DNA of 64,000 nt from positions 43,001-107,000 of the IMG/VR virus record IMGVR_UViG_3300021387_000463; one strand, given 5' to 3'. The notes below the pieces were generated by a model. It did no database searches and was not told where the DNA came from. It saw nothing but the letters and a program-made list of their open reading frames with translations. Position numbers and translations under genes: made by a program. Below, one piece after another: positions 1-10,354 of the stretch; position 1 is the stretch's first letter; each line of letters starts with the position of its first letter. Source of the DNA: a virus (lineage: Duplodnaviria > Heunggongvirae > Uroviricota > Caudoviricetes).

Positions 1-827
1 ACGTTAAGACTAAAGTCTGTGTTATTTGTCCAATTCACGGTGAGTTTTATATTACACCAAACCACCATTTGAGTGGTATTGGGTGTCCTAAATGTTCAGG
101 AAGATTGAAAACTAATGAAGAAATTATTTCTCAATTTGTTAATGTTCACGGCAATAAGTATGATTATTCTAAAGTAGAATATAAGGGTTCTACAATAAAG
201 GTCTGTATTATATGTCCCCAACACGGAGAGTTCTTGCAGAGACCAAGTGACCATTTGAGTGGATATGGTTGCCCACGTTGTAGAAGTTTAAGGATGAATA
301 CAGAAAGTTTTATACAAAAGGCTAGGGAAATACACGATGATAAATACGATTATTCGATTACAGAGTATGATGGTTGTAGAAAACACATAAAGATAAAATG
401 TAATAAACATGGCATATTTGAACAAATGCCATATAAACATTTGCAAGGTCACGGATGTCCATATTGTCAAAATAGTATTTTAGAGGAGAAAGTGGCTAAA
501 GAATTGGGAAATAATAACATAGAATATGTATGGCACTGTGGTAAAAAACATTTGAAATGGTTGGGAAAACAGCATTTAGATTTTTATTTACCAAAATATA
601 ACCTAGCAATTGAGTGTCAAGGAATTCAACACTTTGAACCAATTGAGTTTTTTGGGGGAGAAGAAAAATTCAAATATAGAAGTGAATTAGATGAAAAGAA
701 AAAAGAACTTTGTAAACAAAATAATATTAATTTAATTTATTTAGATTACAAAACAAGTGATACTAATGATTTAATGAAAGTTATACAAAATGAAACGTCA
801 ATATATGGGTATCAAGTATCCCTTTAG
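1..827 (+). CDS. Free-standing homing endonuclease-like protein (DUF723-type Zn repeats plus C-terminal PD-(D/E)XK/DUF559-like domain); 5' end lies outside the window
   Basis: Frame is open from nt 3 (VKTKVCVICPIHGEF). Repeats of HGxKYDYSKVEY...CPxHGEF...HLxGxGCPxC are followed by LDFYLPKYNLAIECQGIQHF. Overlaps the next gene by 38 nt. Confidence 0.8.
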   Translation, partial: VKTKVCVICPIHGEFYITPNHHLSGIGCPKCSGRLKTNEEIISQFVNVHGNKYDYSKVEYKGSTIKVCIICPQHGEFLQRPSDHLSGYGCPRCRSLRMNTESFIQKAREIHDDKYDYSITEYDGCRKHIKIKCNKHGIFEQMPYKHLQGHGCPYCQNSILEEKVAKELGNNNIEYVWHCGKKHLKWLGKQHLDFYLPKYNLAIECQGIQHFEPIEFFGGEEKFKYRSELDEKKKELCKQNNINLIYLDYKTSDTNDLMKVIQNETSIYGYQVSL

Positions 828-1176
828 AGCAGATGATTTTCAGCACTTTTTCGTTGATGCGAATAGCACACCAATGGAAAAGGCTAGAAGTGAGATTATG
901 CACATCGTATTCACCCCAAAAGGCCAAAGAATAAGGAATCCAGAGTTTGGTACAGACCTTATTAAATTCATCTTTGACCCTAACGAAGATGTGACATGGG
1001 AAGCCGTTAAAAACGAAGTTAGCGAATCGGTGGGTAGATGGGCTAAAAACATAATCCTTAACAACATTCAAGTGGTTAAGAATGAAGAGGATGAGTCGGA
1101 GATATACGTAAGGCTTGATTATAGCGTTTCCGAGGGCAATAAGACAACTAATGACAGCATAGTGGTACAAGTATAA
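790..1176 (+). CDS. Baseplate wedge protein, T4 gp25/GPW-like
   Basis: IKYPF...HIVFTPKGQRIRNPEFGTDLIKFIFDP pattern, 128 aa, directly upstream of a gp6-like gene. Confidence 0.8.
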   Translation: MKRQYMGIKYPFRADDFQHFFVDANSTPMEKARSEIMHIVFTPKGQRIRNPEFGTDLIKFIFDPNEDVTWEAVKNEVSESVGRWAKNIILNNIQVVKNEEDESEIYVRLDYSVSEGNKTTNDSIVVQV

Positions 1177-3158
1177 TGGAAAAGAAAATTAACTATCTTA
1201 GCAGAGATTTCGAGGAAATTAAAGAAGAGTTACTGAAGTTCAGTAATAAGTACTATCCTGAGATATTCAGTGATTTTGATGATTCAAGTATTGGAGCATG
1301 GTTTATTGACCTTGTTTCAGCAGTTGGTGATGACCTTAGTTATCACACAGATAGAATGTATCAAGAAACAAACCTTGATAGTGCAAATCTCAGAAGCACG
1401 GTTTTGAACATGGCAAGAACCAATGGTTTGAAGATTCCAGGACGTAAGGCTTCTTCTTGTGAAGTTGAATTTAGTTGTGAGTTGCCAGTTAGCACATCAA
1501 ACACTGCTACTGCTGATTGGACTTATGCACCAATCTTGCAGAAAACTAGTATTGTATCAGCTGGAAGTTATAACTTTGAACTTACTGAGAACATTGACTT
1601 CGGACAGCAGTTTAATGATAATGGATATTCAAACAGAAAGATTACTCCAGCTAGAGATAGTAATGGTAATATAACTGGTTACACCATTACCAAGTCTTCA
1701 ATTGTTGTCAACGGAAATACCAAAGTGTATAAGAAGGTTATCAATTCATCTGACCTTCAGCCATTTATGGAATTTGTACTCCCTGAGAGCAATGTAATGA
1801 ACATTGAATCAATCATATTTAAGGAGTCTGCTGATTTCAATGAGAATCCAGAGATATATGAGTATTATATTGAGTCTGAGCAATATAGAATATCAAACCA
1901 AGCTGTAATGACATATCGTTTCTTCGAGTGTGATTCACTTGCAGACCAATGGAGATTTGGAAGTATGGCTAATGTATATGATGATTATATTGTGGCTGAT
2001 AAGTATAATCCAGAGATATATAGTGATGAAAGTGGATATAGATACTATGTTGGTAAATGGAAGCCAATTACTCAAAAATTCATTACAGAATTCACTGATA
2101 ATGGATACATGAAGATTATCTTCGGAGCTGGAAACACCTATGAGGCAGTGCCTGAGAACCAAACAAAATATGGTGATTACATTGCTTCTAGAATAGTTAA
2201 TAATGATATGCTAGGTGTTCTTCCAAAGGAAGGTTGGACAATGTTCATATTGTATCGCATAGGCGGTGGTATGTCAAGCAACTTGGGACCTGGTTCTATC
2301 AATAAGATTAGCATTGCTAATGTGGATTGGGGTAATAGCACAACCAACACAGATGGTAGCATCAGAGGACAAGTTATTAACTCTATGAAGGTTACTAACA
2401 TATCAACTGCTCTTGCAGGTAAGGACGAGCCAACAACTGAAGAGATTAAGGCTCTTATGAAGTATAATACCTCTTCACAGAATCGTGCTGTTACTGTTAA
2501 GGACTACAAGGTTAAGCTTATGCAGATGCCTCCTAAGTATGGTGCTCCATTCAGAAGCAGCGTGATAGAGACAAACAATAAAATTGAATTCGATATGCTT
2601 GGTTTGGATGAGAATGGAAAACTTACATCAAATCTTCCAAGCACCCTAGTAAACAATACAATCGAATATCTATCACATTATAGGCAGATAAACGATTACA
2701 TTGAGATTAGAAGTGGTAGAATCTACAATATTGGTGTAGCAGTGGATTTGTTCACCGATAAGAGTTATGACACAGCTAACGTTATCTCAAATGTCATTTC
2801 TAGAATTGCTTCGTATTTCGATGTGGGTACACATGATATGGGTGAGGATATATTCGTTGGAGACCTTGAGAAAGAAATTAACACACTTGATGGTGTTATA
2901 AGCATTATCAGTTTGAGAATCTACTCAATAAGAGGCGGTAGTGGTGGATATAGCACTGATAAGTGTCCTCTTCCAACTGTAATCGAGGGAAGTGCTTGTG
3001 ATGTTGCAAGCGATACGACATTTGAAATCGGTGGTGGTTCTTTTGTTGACCAGCTTGATTTGAATGAAACAGATAAGGTTTTATATTCAGACTATAATAG
3101 TATGTATGAGATAAAGTCTCCAAAATCTGATATCCAGATACGTTGCAAAAGTGTATAA
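1176..3158 (+). CDS. Baseplate wedge protein, T4 gp6/baseplate-J-like
   Basis: N-terminal INYLSRDFEEIK...SAVGDDLSYHTD...LDSANLRSTV and later QNRAVTVKDY, both typical of gp6-like proteins. Confidence 0.8.
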   Translation: MEKKINYLSRDFEEIKEELLKFSNKYYPEIFSDFDDSSIGAWFIDLVSAVGDDLSYHTDRMYQETNLDSANLRSTVLNMARTNGLKIPGRKASSCEVEFSCELPVSTSNTATADWTYAPILQKTSIVSAGSYNFELTENIDFGQQFNDNGYSNRKITPARDSNGNITGYTITKSSIVVNGNTKVYKKVINSSDLQPFMEFVLPESNVMNIESIIFKESADFNENPEIYEYYIESEQYRISNQAVMTYRFFECDSLADQWRFGSMANVYDDYIVADKYNPEIYSDESGYRYYVGKWKPITQKFITEFTDNGYMKIIFGAGNTYEAVPENQTKYGDYIASRIVNNDMLGVLPKEGWTMFILYRIGGGMSSNLGPGSINKISIANVDWGNSTTNTDGSIRGQVINSMKVTNISTALAGKDEPTTEEIKALMKYNTSSQNRAVTVKDYKVKLMQMPPKYGAPFRSSVIETNNKIEFDMLGLDENGKLTSNLPSTLVNNTIEYLSHYRQINDYIEIRSGRIYNIGVAVDLFTDKSYDTANVISNVISRIASYFDVGTHDMGEDIFVGDLEKEINTLDGVISIISLRIYSIRGGSGGYSTDKCPLPTVIEGSACDVASDTTFEIGGGSFVDQLDLNETDKVLYSDYNSMYEIKSPKSDIQIRCKSV

Positions 3159-3179
3159 TTGATTTAATATTTTAGTGTT

Positions 3180-3416
3180 ATGGCATGTAATTGTAAGAAA
3201 ACTAACGAGTTTCAAGATAAATACGGTAAACCAGAAGAGGAAAGTGCTTTTCAGAAATCGCAAAGATACATCTATAAGATAATGATATTCGCAGTTGCAG
3301 TATTGTTAGCGATAGTGGTAACACCTGTCATTGTAATGACAGCAATTTATAAAATGATATTCAAAAACAATGAATCGATTGTTTTACCAGAGTTTTTATC
3401 GAAATATATGAGATAA
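3180..3416 (+). CDS. Small membrane protein (MACNC start, one long hydrophobic helix)
   Basis: 78 aa, tightly packed between structural genes; hydrophobic stretch IMIFAVAVLLAIVVTPVIVMTAIY. Confidence 0.65.
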   Translation: MACNCKKTNEFQDKYGKPEEESAFQKSQRYIYKIMIFAVAVLLAIVVTPVIVMTAIYKMIFKNNESIVLPEFLSKYMR

Positions 3417-3419
3417 TTT

Positions 3420-6400
3420 ATGGACAAATCATACAGAATACATACAAATATATCTAGTGACACAGTTCTCAATGTAAACATGAAGCAAGACTTTGAATTC
3501 TTGGAGGTCTTATCATTGAAACTTGCACAGAAAGATGCTTATAAGATTCACTCTTCCAATTATGGTGTCATAGTTGGAAGGGTTCTTGCTAATGATGCGT
3601 TTGGTATTCCTAACGCAAAGATTTCTGTGTTCATTGAGAAGGATGGTAATGATACAACTGACGTTGAGAATATATACCCATATACTCAAGTTACCACAAA
3701 GGACAGAAACAACATTAGATATAACTTGTTGCCAGACTATAGCGATGATGATTGCTATAGGGTTGTTGGTACATTCCCTAATAAGAGATTGGTGTTAGAT
3801 GATGACACCTATCTTGAGGTGTATGACAAATATTGGAAATATTCAACAGTTACCAATAATGCAGGTGACTACATGATATTTGGTATACCTACTGGTTCTC
3901 AGCAAGTTCATGTCGATATTGACCTTTCAGATATTGGCATATTATCACAAAAACCTCGTGATTTCATCTATAAGGGATACAATATGACTGAGTTTGATAA
4001 TGCAAACCAGTTTAAAGCAAGCACAAATCTTGACAACTTGAGACAGATTATTTCTCAAAACAAGAGTGTGTTTGTCTATCCTTTCTGGGGTGATGCCGAG
4101 AATGGTATAGCAGCAATTACAAGAGCAGACGTACAAATTGATTATAAGTTCGAGCCAACTTGTATATTCATGGGTTCAATTGTATCTGATAATGAAGGAA
4201 ATGCTATTGGCCATAAATGTGCTCCAGATATTGAAAATGGTATGAATGACCAATTAATCGCTGGTGAAGGTACAATTGAAATGATTCGTAAGACCATCGA
4301 TGGATTGGTGGAAGAACATCAGATTCAAGGTAATAGGCTTATCGATAGCGATGGTGTATGGTGTTACCAAATCCCTATGAATCTTGATTATGTCGGTACT
4401 GATGAATATGGTAATATCATTCCAACAGACAACCCAAACAAGGGTATTCCAACTAGAACTCAAGTAAGATTCAGATTCAGCAAGACAGAAACTGGTGATG
4501 AGGGATTCTCTCGTCACACAGCTAAGTATCTTGTGCCTATGAATCCACCATTGATGGAAGGTGAGGATGATGTAATACCAAAGTCTCTACTTAACGGACA
4601 AGACTTTGAGAAACTATATAATTTTGGTTCAAACACACCATTAAGCTGTTTCCGTGATTTATATTGGAACAATGTATATTCTGTAAAGAATTATATACCA
4701 AAGATTCAAGTTGCTCACAGAGCCTACGCTAAGAACTATAGCGCACTTAAGGGTTCTAACCTTGCAACTGACCAAAACCCAATTCCATTCAATAAATTGC
4801 GTGTTGATATACCGTTCATGTATATGATTGTGTGTATCTTGTTCATGATTATATTGTACATAATCAGCTTTATCAATAAGTTTATCATATGTCCTATCAA
4901 CGCGGTATTGGGATTGCTTAATAGAGTGGCTGATATAAGATTGGGATTCCTTGGTAGACCTTTCGGCTTCTTGCATGTGGGATATATAGGATGTATATCA
5001 TTAGGAGCTGGTCTTAGTGAAGACAACATTGCATACTACCCAGGATGTAGCTGTTCAAGTGGTAAAGATGCAGCAGAGTGTCCTGAGGATATGGAAAATA
5101 ATTGTAAGAAGGTTAACGACAATACAACGTTAAAAGACAAGATTCAACAGAACCTTGCTCAAGAGTATAAGATTATCAAGTTAGACCTTTATCAAGATTG
5201 GATTAATGGCTGTCTTTATATGCCTCTTTGGTATTGGAGAAAGAGAAAGAAGAAGACATTCTTATTCGGCTTGTTCTCAAGAAGTGCAAAGAATGAGTTC
5301 TGTGACTGTAACAAAACATATAGCAGACTAAAGACATACGTAACTTGTGATATTCCTTATAAAGACAGAAGCCTTGGTGTTTCAAAGGACGTGTCAAATG
5401 ATGATGAGGATAGATGGCATAAGAAAAAGAGAGAATGGGTTAGATTCAATAATGGTGTTATTAAAGGTGTACAGAATAAAGATGGTTTAACTGCTTATTA
5501 CTACACAGCGATGCAGCCAACAAGTGAGAATGAGGATGAAATTATAACAAATCGTCCAGCTGGTTTCCAAGCAATCCGTCTTTATGCAACTGATATTATC
5601 CTTCTTGGTAACTTGAATGAGAATAACCTATATGGCCTTCCTCAATTTTTCAAGGTATTACCATCAACAACGGCTAATATCCCACCTATTGCAACAATCG
5701 AAGAAAGTTTAAATGAGGAAGAAACTAAGGATGAAACATCTACTAGTGATATAGGTAATGGTGAAGATAGTGGTACAACCATTACAACTGGTATGGACTG
5801 GGGTGCTCGTGGAGCAAACCAAGTTCCAGTATATAAGACTGGTCTATTCCTTGACCTAACTTGTACATATGCAGCCACAAGATTAAAGTCTTGTATCAAT
5901 GTTGAACGTCTCAGTGAACTTGGAGTTAACCTTGACATGTCATATAATATGTCATACTCAAATGGCGGTAATGGTATCCAAAGGGGTATAATAGATTCAG
6001 ATGGTTTCATTACCAAGTATGAACTTGATGATATGGATAATCGTTCAGCTTTTGCTACGCTTAACCATGTTGGTTTTGTACCTCAAGCATATCAAGATAC
6101 AATACCACAGATTTATGATGGCATGTATGGCAGCTATAAACCTTATACAACCCAGATTGAAGATGAAAATACAAATTACTTAGTACCTAAGTTCAAGTTC
6201 ATTTTCCCAACTGATTTTGACGGAAGAATGCAAGGAACAATGACCAACTATGCAAAAGGCTTTGAGCAAGCATTGTTCGATGAATCAGATGAGGCATATC
6301 TTACATTTAGATTGGGCGCTGAGAATAGTAAGGATAGTGGAAAGAATGGGCATTATTATGGTAGGACTAGACACTTCTATCACAAGAGTGGTAATAGTGA

Positions 6401-9400
6401 ATATAAGATGCCATTATACAATAACTCATTCTATTTCTACTTCGGTATAAAGAAGGGTAGTACGGCTATTGACAAGTTCAATAATTTGTTCTTGGCTGAT
6501 TGCGTTAAGGATGAGAAAGACCCATTCGTGTTGGATGTTGAACTTAAGGCAAAGTCATATTGTGATTGTCCTTATAAGGATAACTTCAAGAAAGACACAT
6601 ACGCAACCATTAAGGTATTTTCAGATGATGTTCAAACCCCATATACATATACCTTATATGATTCAGCAGGAGAGGTTGTTATCGGTGAAAAGAACATGAC
6701 AGCAACAACCTTTACAATTGGTGATATTAATGATGATGGTAAGGTGAAATATCAGATTCCAACGGATGATGACGATGACTCAACAACACCAAAGGTATAT
6801 GAGACTGTAGATAATGACTACGGTGTTAGTGGTTTGACCAACCAAGTCTATAGTTTGGTCATGATGGACTGTAATGGTAAAAAGGTCTCAAGAAGGTTTG
6901 AACTTGAAATGCCAACATTGACATTTAACTACGAATCATACAGACTTGGAACTAGATTCTATAACACAGCCACATCTAGAATGGACTATATCTGTAATGA
7001 GGAAAATGATTTTTATGGAAGGATAATTTTGAAAGAATTCTCAATTGATGGTATGGTCTGTGACTTAAATATGGAAACTGGTCTCATGACTCCACCAACA
7101 TATAACCCAGATTTGGATGGTTTTGTTATTCCTATCAAACTAATTAAGAAGGTTAAAGATGGCGAACTAATAAAGACCAAGCTTGAAACTGGAGATATGG
7201 CTAGTAACTGTTATATATATCTAACCATTAAGTCATTGGAATCAGACTTTATTGGAGAGGTTAAGCAATGCTTCTGTGATGGCGCAGCACCAAGGCTTAA
7301 GGTGTTGGAGGATGCTAACCATGTAAAGAGCTTGCAGATAGACGTATATCAACCTAAGAGATATGTCGTTGCAATGTATCAAGTATGTAATGGCGAGGTG
7401 ATTGAGGAAAACTCTTATTCAGAGATTATCCGTGTGTTAAATGGTGAGAATTTTAACACATTCTTGAATGACATGCCTACTAGATTCATGCTTGGAACAA
7501 ACAACGATAGTCCTGATGCTACTGTAGCCAATACAAGTAAATTCTATAAGTCTGAGACAGTTACAAACCCAACCGATAAGAATATTTGTGGTTGGTTTGG
7601 CGTTCACCAAGAGGATTCATACCAGTTCGGTAGAACTGATACAATCACTGTTGAGAAGAACCAAGCCGTTTGGGAAGATTTCTTAGGATTCGGTGGTGAT
7701 TCAATTAAAGCCCCAATGTCTAAGTTGAACATTATAAACTTTAAGTTTACTACCATGTTCAGCTTATCAGATGCAGTATATAGTTCAAATGAGTTGTATT
7801 TCCGTTCTACTGGTGGTGTACAACCAACAATCTATAGGAGTGTTGCCCCTGATTATGCTGGCACACAGATGACAAGGGACACATACCTTCTTGATGATGT
7901 TAATATGGTAGCAGTACCAAAGGACTTACCAAATATTGTCGGAGGAAACTATGCGTTCTATGATGGTGATGATTTGATTGAACACTCTACAGAATTACCA
8001 AGCTTCAACAAATATTACTATAATCGTGAATATGTTGGTAATTATTTTGGAGCATTTACAAATAACGGAGGCTATAAAAATAATAAGGAACTTGATAAAA
8101 ATATGGCTATCATGAGAAGTCCTAACTATGCTTCAGTGAGTCCATATAATAGCAGTGTTCCAAAGGAAATTGGTAAAGTTATTGATGGCGATATTAAGAA
8201 TAATTTTAAGTTGGCAAGACAGAATGGTAATCAGTCATTAAGTGGTGATAAAAACAGAAGTATACAGCCATACTTAAGAGCTATGACTGTTGATAGAAGA
8301 CTTGATTATGATTTGTTGTTCATTGGACCAGTTATTGGCAGCACATTTAACTTGTATAAGAGAGACGAAACTAATCCTAATGTTGACAAGGATAGAGCTT
8401 GGAAGGGCGCACGTATTCGTGGTACTGTGTATGGTGGTGTTGAAATGGCATATGATGGTGATTACAATGTCATATCAGCAAACACACAATTGAATGATGA
8501 TGGTGAATTACAGAGTGTAACACCAAATAAGTTACTTGAATATAGTTATCAATTATCTCAAGCAGATGAAGATGCAAAAACAATATATAATAAAGGTAAT
8601 GTGAATTCTATTTGGGAGAGAGATAAAAAATCAAGAGAGATTCAAAGAACGGTTTTAGATGATAATGGCCAAGAAATAACAGAAACCATTACAGAGTATT
8701 ACTACCCAGAGGGTTCTTCATTAAATAAGAGATTCTATGAGGCAAGTCTTGGTGGTGTTGATATTAGGGATTACTTCTGGTCTAATTTCAACAAGAACAG
8801 ACTTAACAAGTATATCACCGACCCAATCGACCAAGGTGGTCAAGGTGGTAGCGGCTACGAAGCATTGATTAGTTCTGCAAAACCTTATATATTCAAGTAC
8901 CCAAGTACCACAGCTAACTTGTATAATGGTGACTTCAACCGTGAGGATGCGATTAAACCTAATAATTATCCAACTAGGAGATATATTGATGTTTGTAACA
9001 TCGTGTCTGCTGCTAGGTATAATTTCTTGGTTTCATCTTGCTCTTATGGTTCTATGCAAACAATAATGAATGAAGACCATACCATTACAGCAGAAGCTGT
9101 AGAAACTGATAATATTGAAATGAACTTCAATTTTGAGAATCCAATTCAATTTGTTGACCCATCTGACGATAATAAGAATTTCGGTAATATCATATATAAA
9201 TCTTATAGGTCTGAAAGTGGCGATTTTAGAAGGTTCACTACAGAGCAAGCAAACATTATGTTTAAAATCTCCAAGAAGAGTGATTCTGATTTTGATATTT
9301 ATACTGGTATGCCAAGTCTTATTCGTGTTTTACCTTTTACAAATAATATTGATGGTATCACATATTTCAAGACAGCAACTGACAATGGTGAAATTAATGC

Positions 9401-10352
9401 AAGAAAATCAATTAATGATGCTATTAACAATGTCTCTGTGTATAATTGGCGTGGCAATTTGAGTAATTTTTTGTTCTTCTCTAATTGGAAGGATGTTGTT
9501 GTTCCAGATAACATTGATGTTGATGATGGTTTAATAGATAAGTATGGAAGACATATTCCAGGAACTTTCTTCGTTAATGGTGATGGCGAATATATCACGT
9601 CAAGTAGCAATGAATTCTCTAACATATCATTCATTAGGACGATTAGTGGCGATGATTTTAAAAATGTTAAGGTATTCTCAATATTGGTTAGGAGATTCTA
9701 TGTAAGCAATGAAGACAACAAACTCATCAATAGCATTAAAACCATTGAACTTAGCGAATTGATTGATTGCAGAGACATTCTTTTGAAGTTCGCCCCAACT
9801 TATGTTGATGGTGAAGGAAATACAGTTAATGCAAGTTATGTTGAGTTGAGAAATATTAGGGCAGAAGTTACAATTGAAGGGGACGAACAAGAGCAAGAAC
9901 AAGAAGAGGAAAGCGGAGAAGGTGATGCTAAGAGTTTTATTCAAACTGTAGCGTTTATGATGCATATAAACGCAGATGGAGAACCTAGCACATTGGAGAA
10001 CCAAGTCTTCATAGATTATGATAATATGTCATTTACTTTTATGTTTAAACGTGGTGATGATGAGTATTACGTTGACTGTGGCAGCATTGTAATGATTGAA
10101 CATACCGAAGGAGAAGGAGAAGAGGCTGTTACAAAGAGTATTGATTTGGTGTTCTCTATGAAATGCCCTCAAGAAATGGGCACATTGTGTGATGATGATG
10201 GTAACTCTAGACAATGGATATGTAATATGATAGCTAAAACCTCTTCAGGTTTCTCATATCGAGTAGATTTTAGACTTTCTACAGATACACAACAAATGCC
10301 AGAAACACCTGGTGCGGATGGACGTATAACAACAAATGGACGCATTTTTTAA
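3420..10352 (+). CDS. Very large (2310 aa) baseplate/tail-associated protein with an internal hydrophobic segment
   Basis: Uninterrupted ORF in the structural operon. N-terminal YGVIVGRVLAN...TTNNAGDYMIFGIP beta-sandwich-like region; hydrophobic IPFMYMIVCILFMIILYIISFINKFIICPINAVLGLL; Cys cluster. Confidence 0.75.
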   Translation: MDKSYRIHTNISSDTVLNVNMKQDFEFLEVLSLKLAQKDAYKIHSSNYGVIVGRVLANDAFGIPNAKISVFIEKDGNDTTDVENIYPYTQVTTKDRNNIRYNLLPDYSDDDCYRVVGTFPNKRLVLDDDTYLEVYDKYWKYSTVTNNAGDYMIFGIPTGSQQVHVDIDLSDIGILSQKPRDFIYKGYNMTEFDNANQFKASTNLDNLRQIISQNKSVFVYPFWGDAENGIAAITRADVQIDYKFEPTCIFMGSIVSDNEGNAIGHKCAPDIENGMNDQLIAGEGTIEMIRKTIDGLVEEHQIQGNRLIDSDGVWCYQIPMNLDYVGTDEYGNIIPTDNPNKGIPTRTQVRFRFSKTETGDEGFSRHTAKYLVPMNPPLMEGEDDVIPKSLLNGQDFEKLYNFGSNTPLSCFRDLYWNNVYSVKNYIPKIQVAHRAYAKNYSALKGSNLATDQNPIPFNKLRVDIPFMYMIVCILFMIILYIISFINKFIICPINAVLGLLNRVADIRLGFLGRPFGFLHVGYIGCISLGAGLSEDNIAYYPGCSCSSGKDAAECPEDMENNCKKVNDNTTLKDKIQQNLAQEYKIIKLDLYQDWINGCLYMPLWYWRKRKKKTFLFGLFSRSAKNEFCDCNKTYSRLKTYVTCDIPYKDRSLGVSKDVSNDDEDRWHKKKREWVRFNNGVIKGVQNKDGLTAYYYTAMQPTSENEDEIITNRPAGFQAIRLYATDIILLGNLNENNLYGLPQFFKVLPSTTANIPPIATIEESLNEEETKDETSTSDIGNGEDSGTTITTGMDWGARGANQVPVYKTGLFLDLTCTYAATRLKSCINVERLSELGVNLDMSYNMSYSNGGNGIQRGIIDSDGFITKYELDDMDNRSAFATLNHVGFVPQAYQDTIPQIYDGMYGSYKPYTTQIEDENTNYLVPKFKFIFPTDFDGRMQGTMTNYAKGFEQALFDESDEAYLTFRLGAENSKDSGKNGHYYGRTRHFYHKSGNSEYKMPLYNNSFYFYFGIKKGSTAIDKFNNLFLADCVKDEKDPFVLDVELKAKSYCDCPYKDNFKKDTYATIKVFSDDVQTPYTYTLYDSAGEVVIGEKNMTATTFTIGDINDDGKVKYQIPTDDDDDSTTPKVYETVDNDYGVSGLTNQVYSLVMMDCNGKKVSRRFELEMPTLTFNYESYRLGTRFYNTATSRMDYICNEENDFYGRIILKEFSIDGMVCDLNMETGLMTPPTYNPDLDGFVIPIKLIKKVKDGELIKTKLETGDMASNCYIYLTIKSLESDFIGEVKQCFCDGAAPRLKVLEDANHVKSLQIDVYQPKRYVVAMYQVCNGEVIEENSYSEIIRVLNGENFNTFLNDMPTRFMLGTNNDSPDATVANTSKFYKSETVTNPTDKNICGWFGVHQEDSYQFGRTDTITVEKNQAVWEDFLGFGGDSIKAPMSKLNIINFKFTTMFSLSDAVYSSNELYFRSTGGVQPTIYRSVAPDYAGTQMTRDTYLLDDVNMVAVPKDLPNIVGGNYAFYDGDDLIEHSTELPSFNKYYYNREYVGNYFGAFTNNGGYKNNKELDKNMAIMRSPNYASVSPYNSSVPKEIGKVIDGDIKNNFKLARQNGNQSLSGDKNRSIQPYLRAMTVDRRLDYDLLFIGPVIGSTFNLYKRDETNPNVDKDRAWKGARIRGTVYGGVEMAYDGDYNVISANTQLNDDGELQSVTPNKLLEYSYQLSQADEDAKTIYNKGNVNSIWERDKKSREIQRTVLDDNGQEITETITEYYYPEGSSLNKRFYEASLGGVDIRDYFWSNFNKNRLNKYITDPIDQGGQGGSGYEALISSAKPYIFKYPSTTANLYNGDFNREDAIKPNNYPTRRYIDVCNIVSAARYNFLVSSCSYGSMQTIMNEDHTITAEAVETDNIEMNFNFENPIQFVDPSDDNKNFGNIIYKSYRSESGDFRRFTTEQANIMFKISKKSDSDFDIYTGMPSLIRVLPFTNNIDGITYFKTATDNGEINARKSINDAINNVSVYNWRGNLSNFLFFSNWKDVVVPDNIDVDDGLIDKYGRHIPGTFFVNGDGEYITSSSNEFSNISFIRTISGDDFKNVKVFSILVRRFYVSNEDNKLINSIKTIELSELIDCRDILLKFAPTYVDGEGNTVNASYVELRNIRAEVTIEGDEQEQEQEEESGEGDAKSFIQTVAFMMHINADGEPSTLENQVFIDYDNMSFTFMFKRGDDEYYVDCGSIVMIEHTEGEGEEAVTKSIDLVFSMKCPQEMGTLCDDDGNSRQWICNMIAKTSSGFSYRVDFRLSTDTQQMPETPGADGRITTNGRIF

Positions 10353-10354
10353 CA

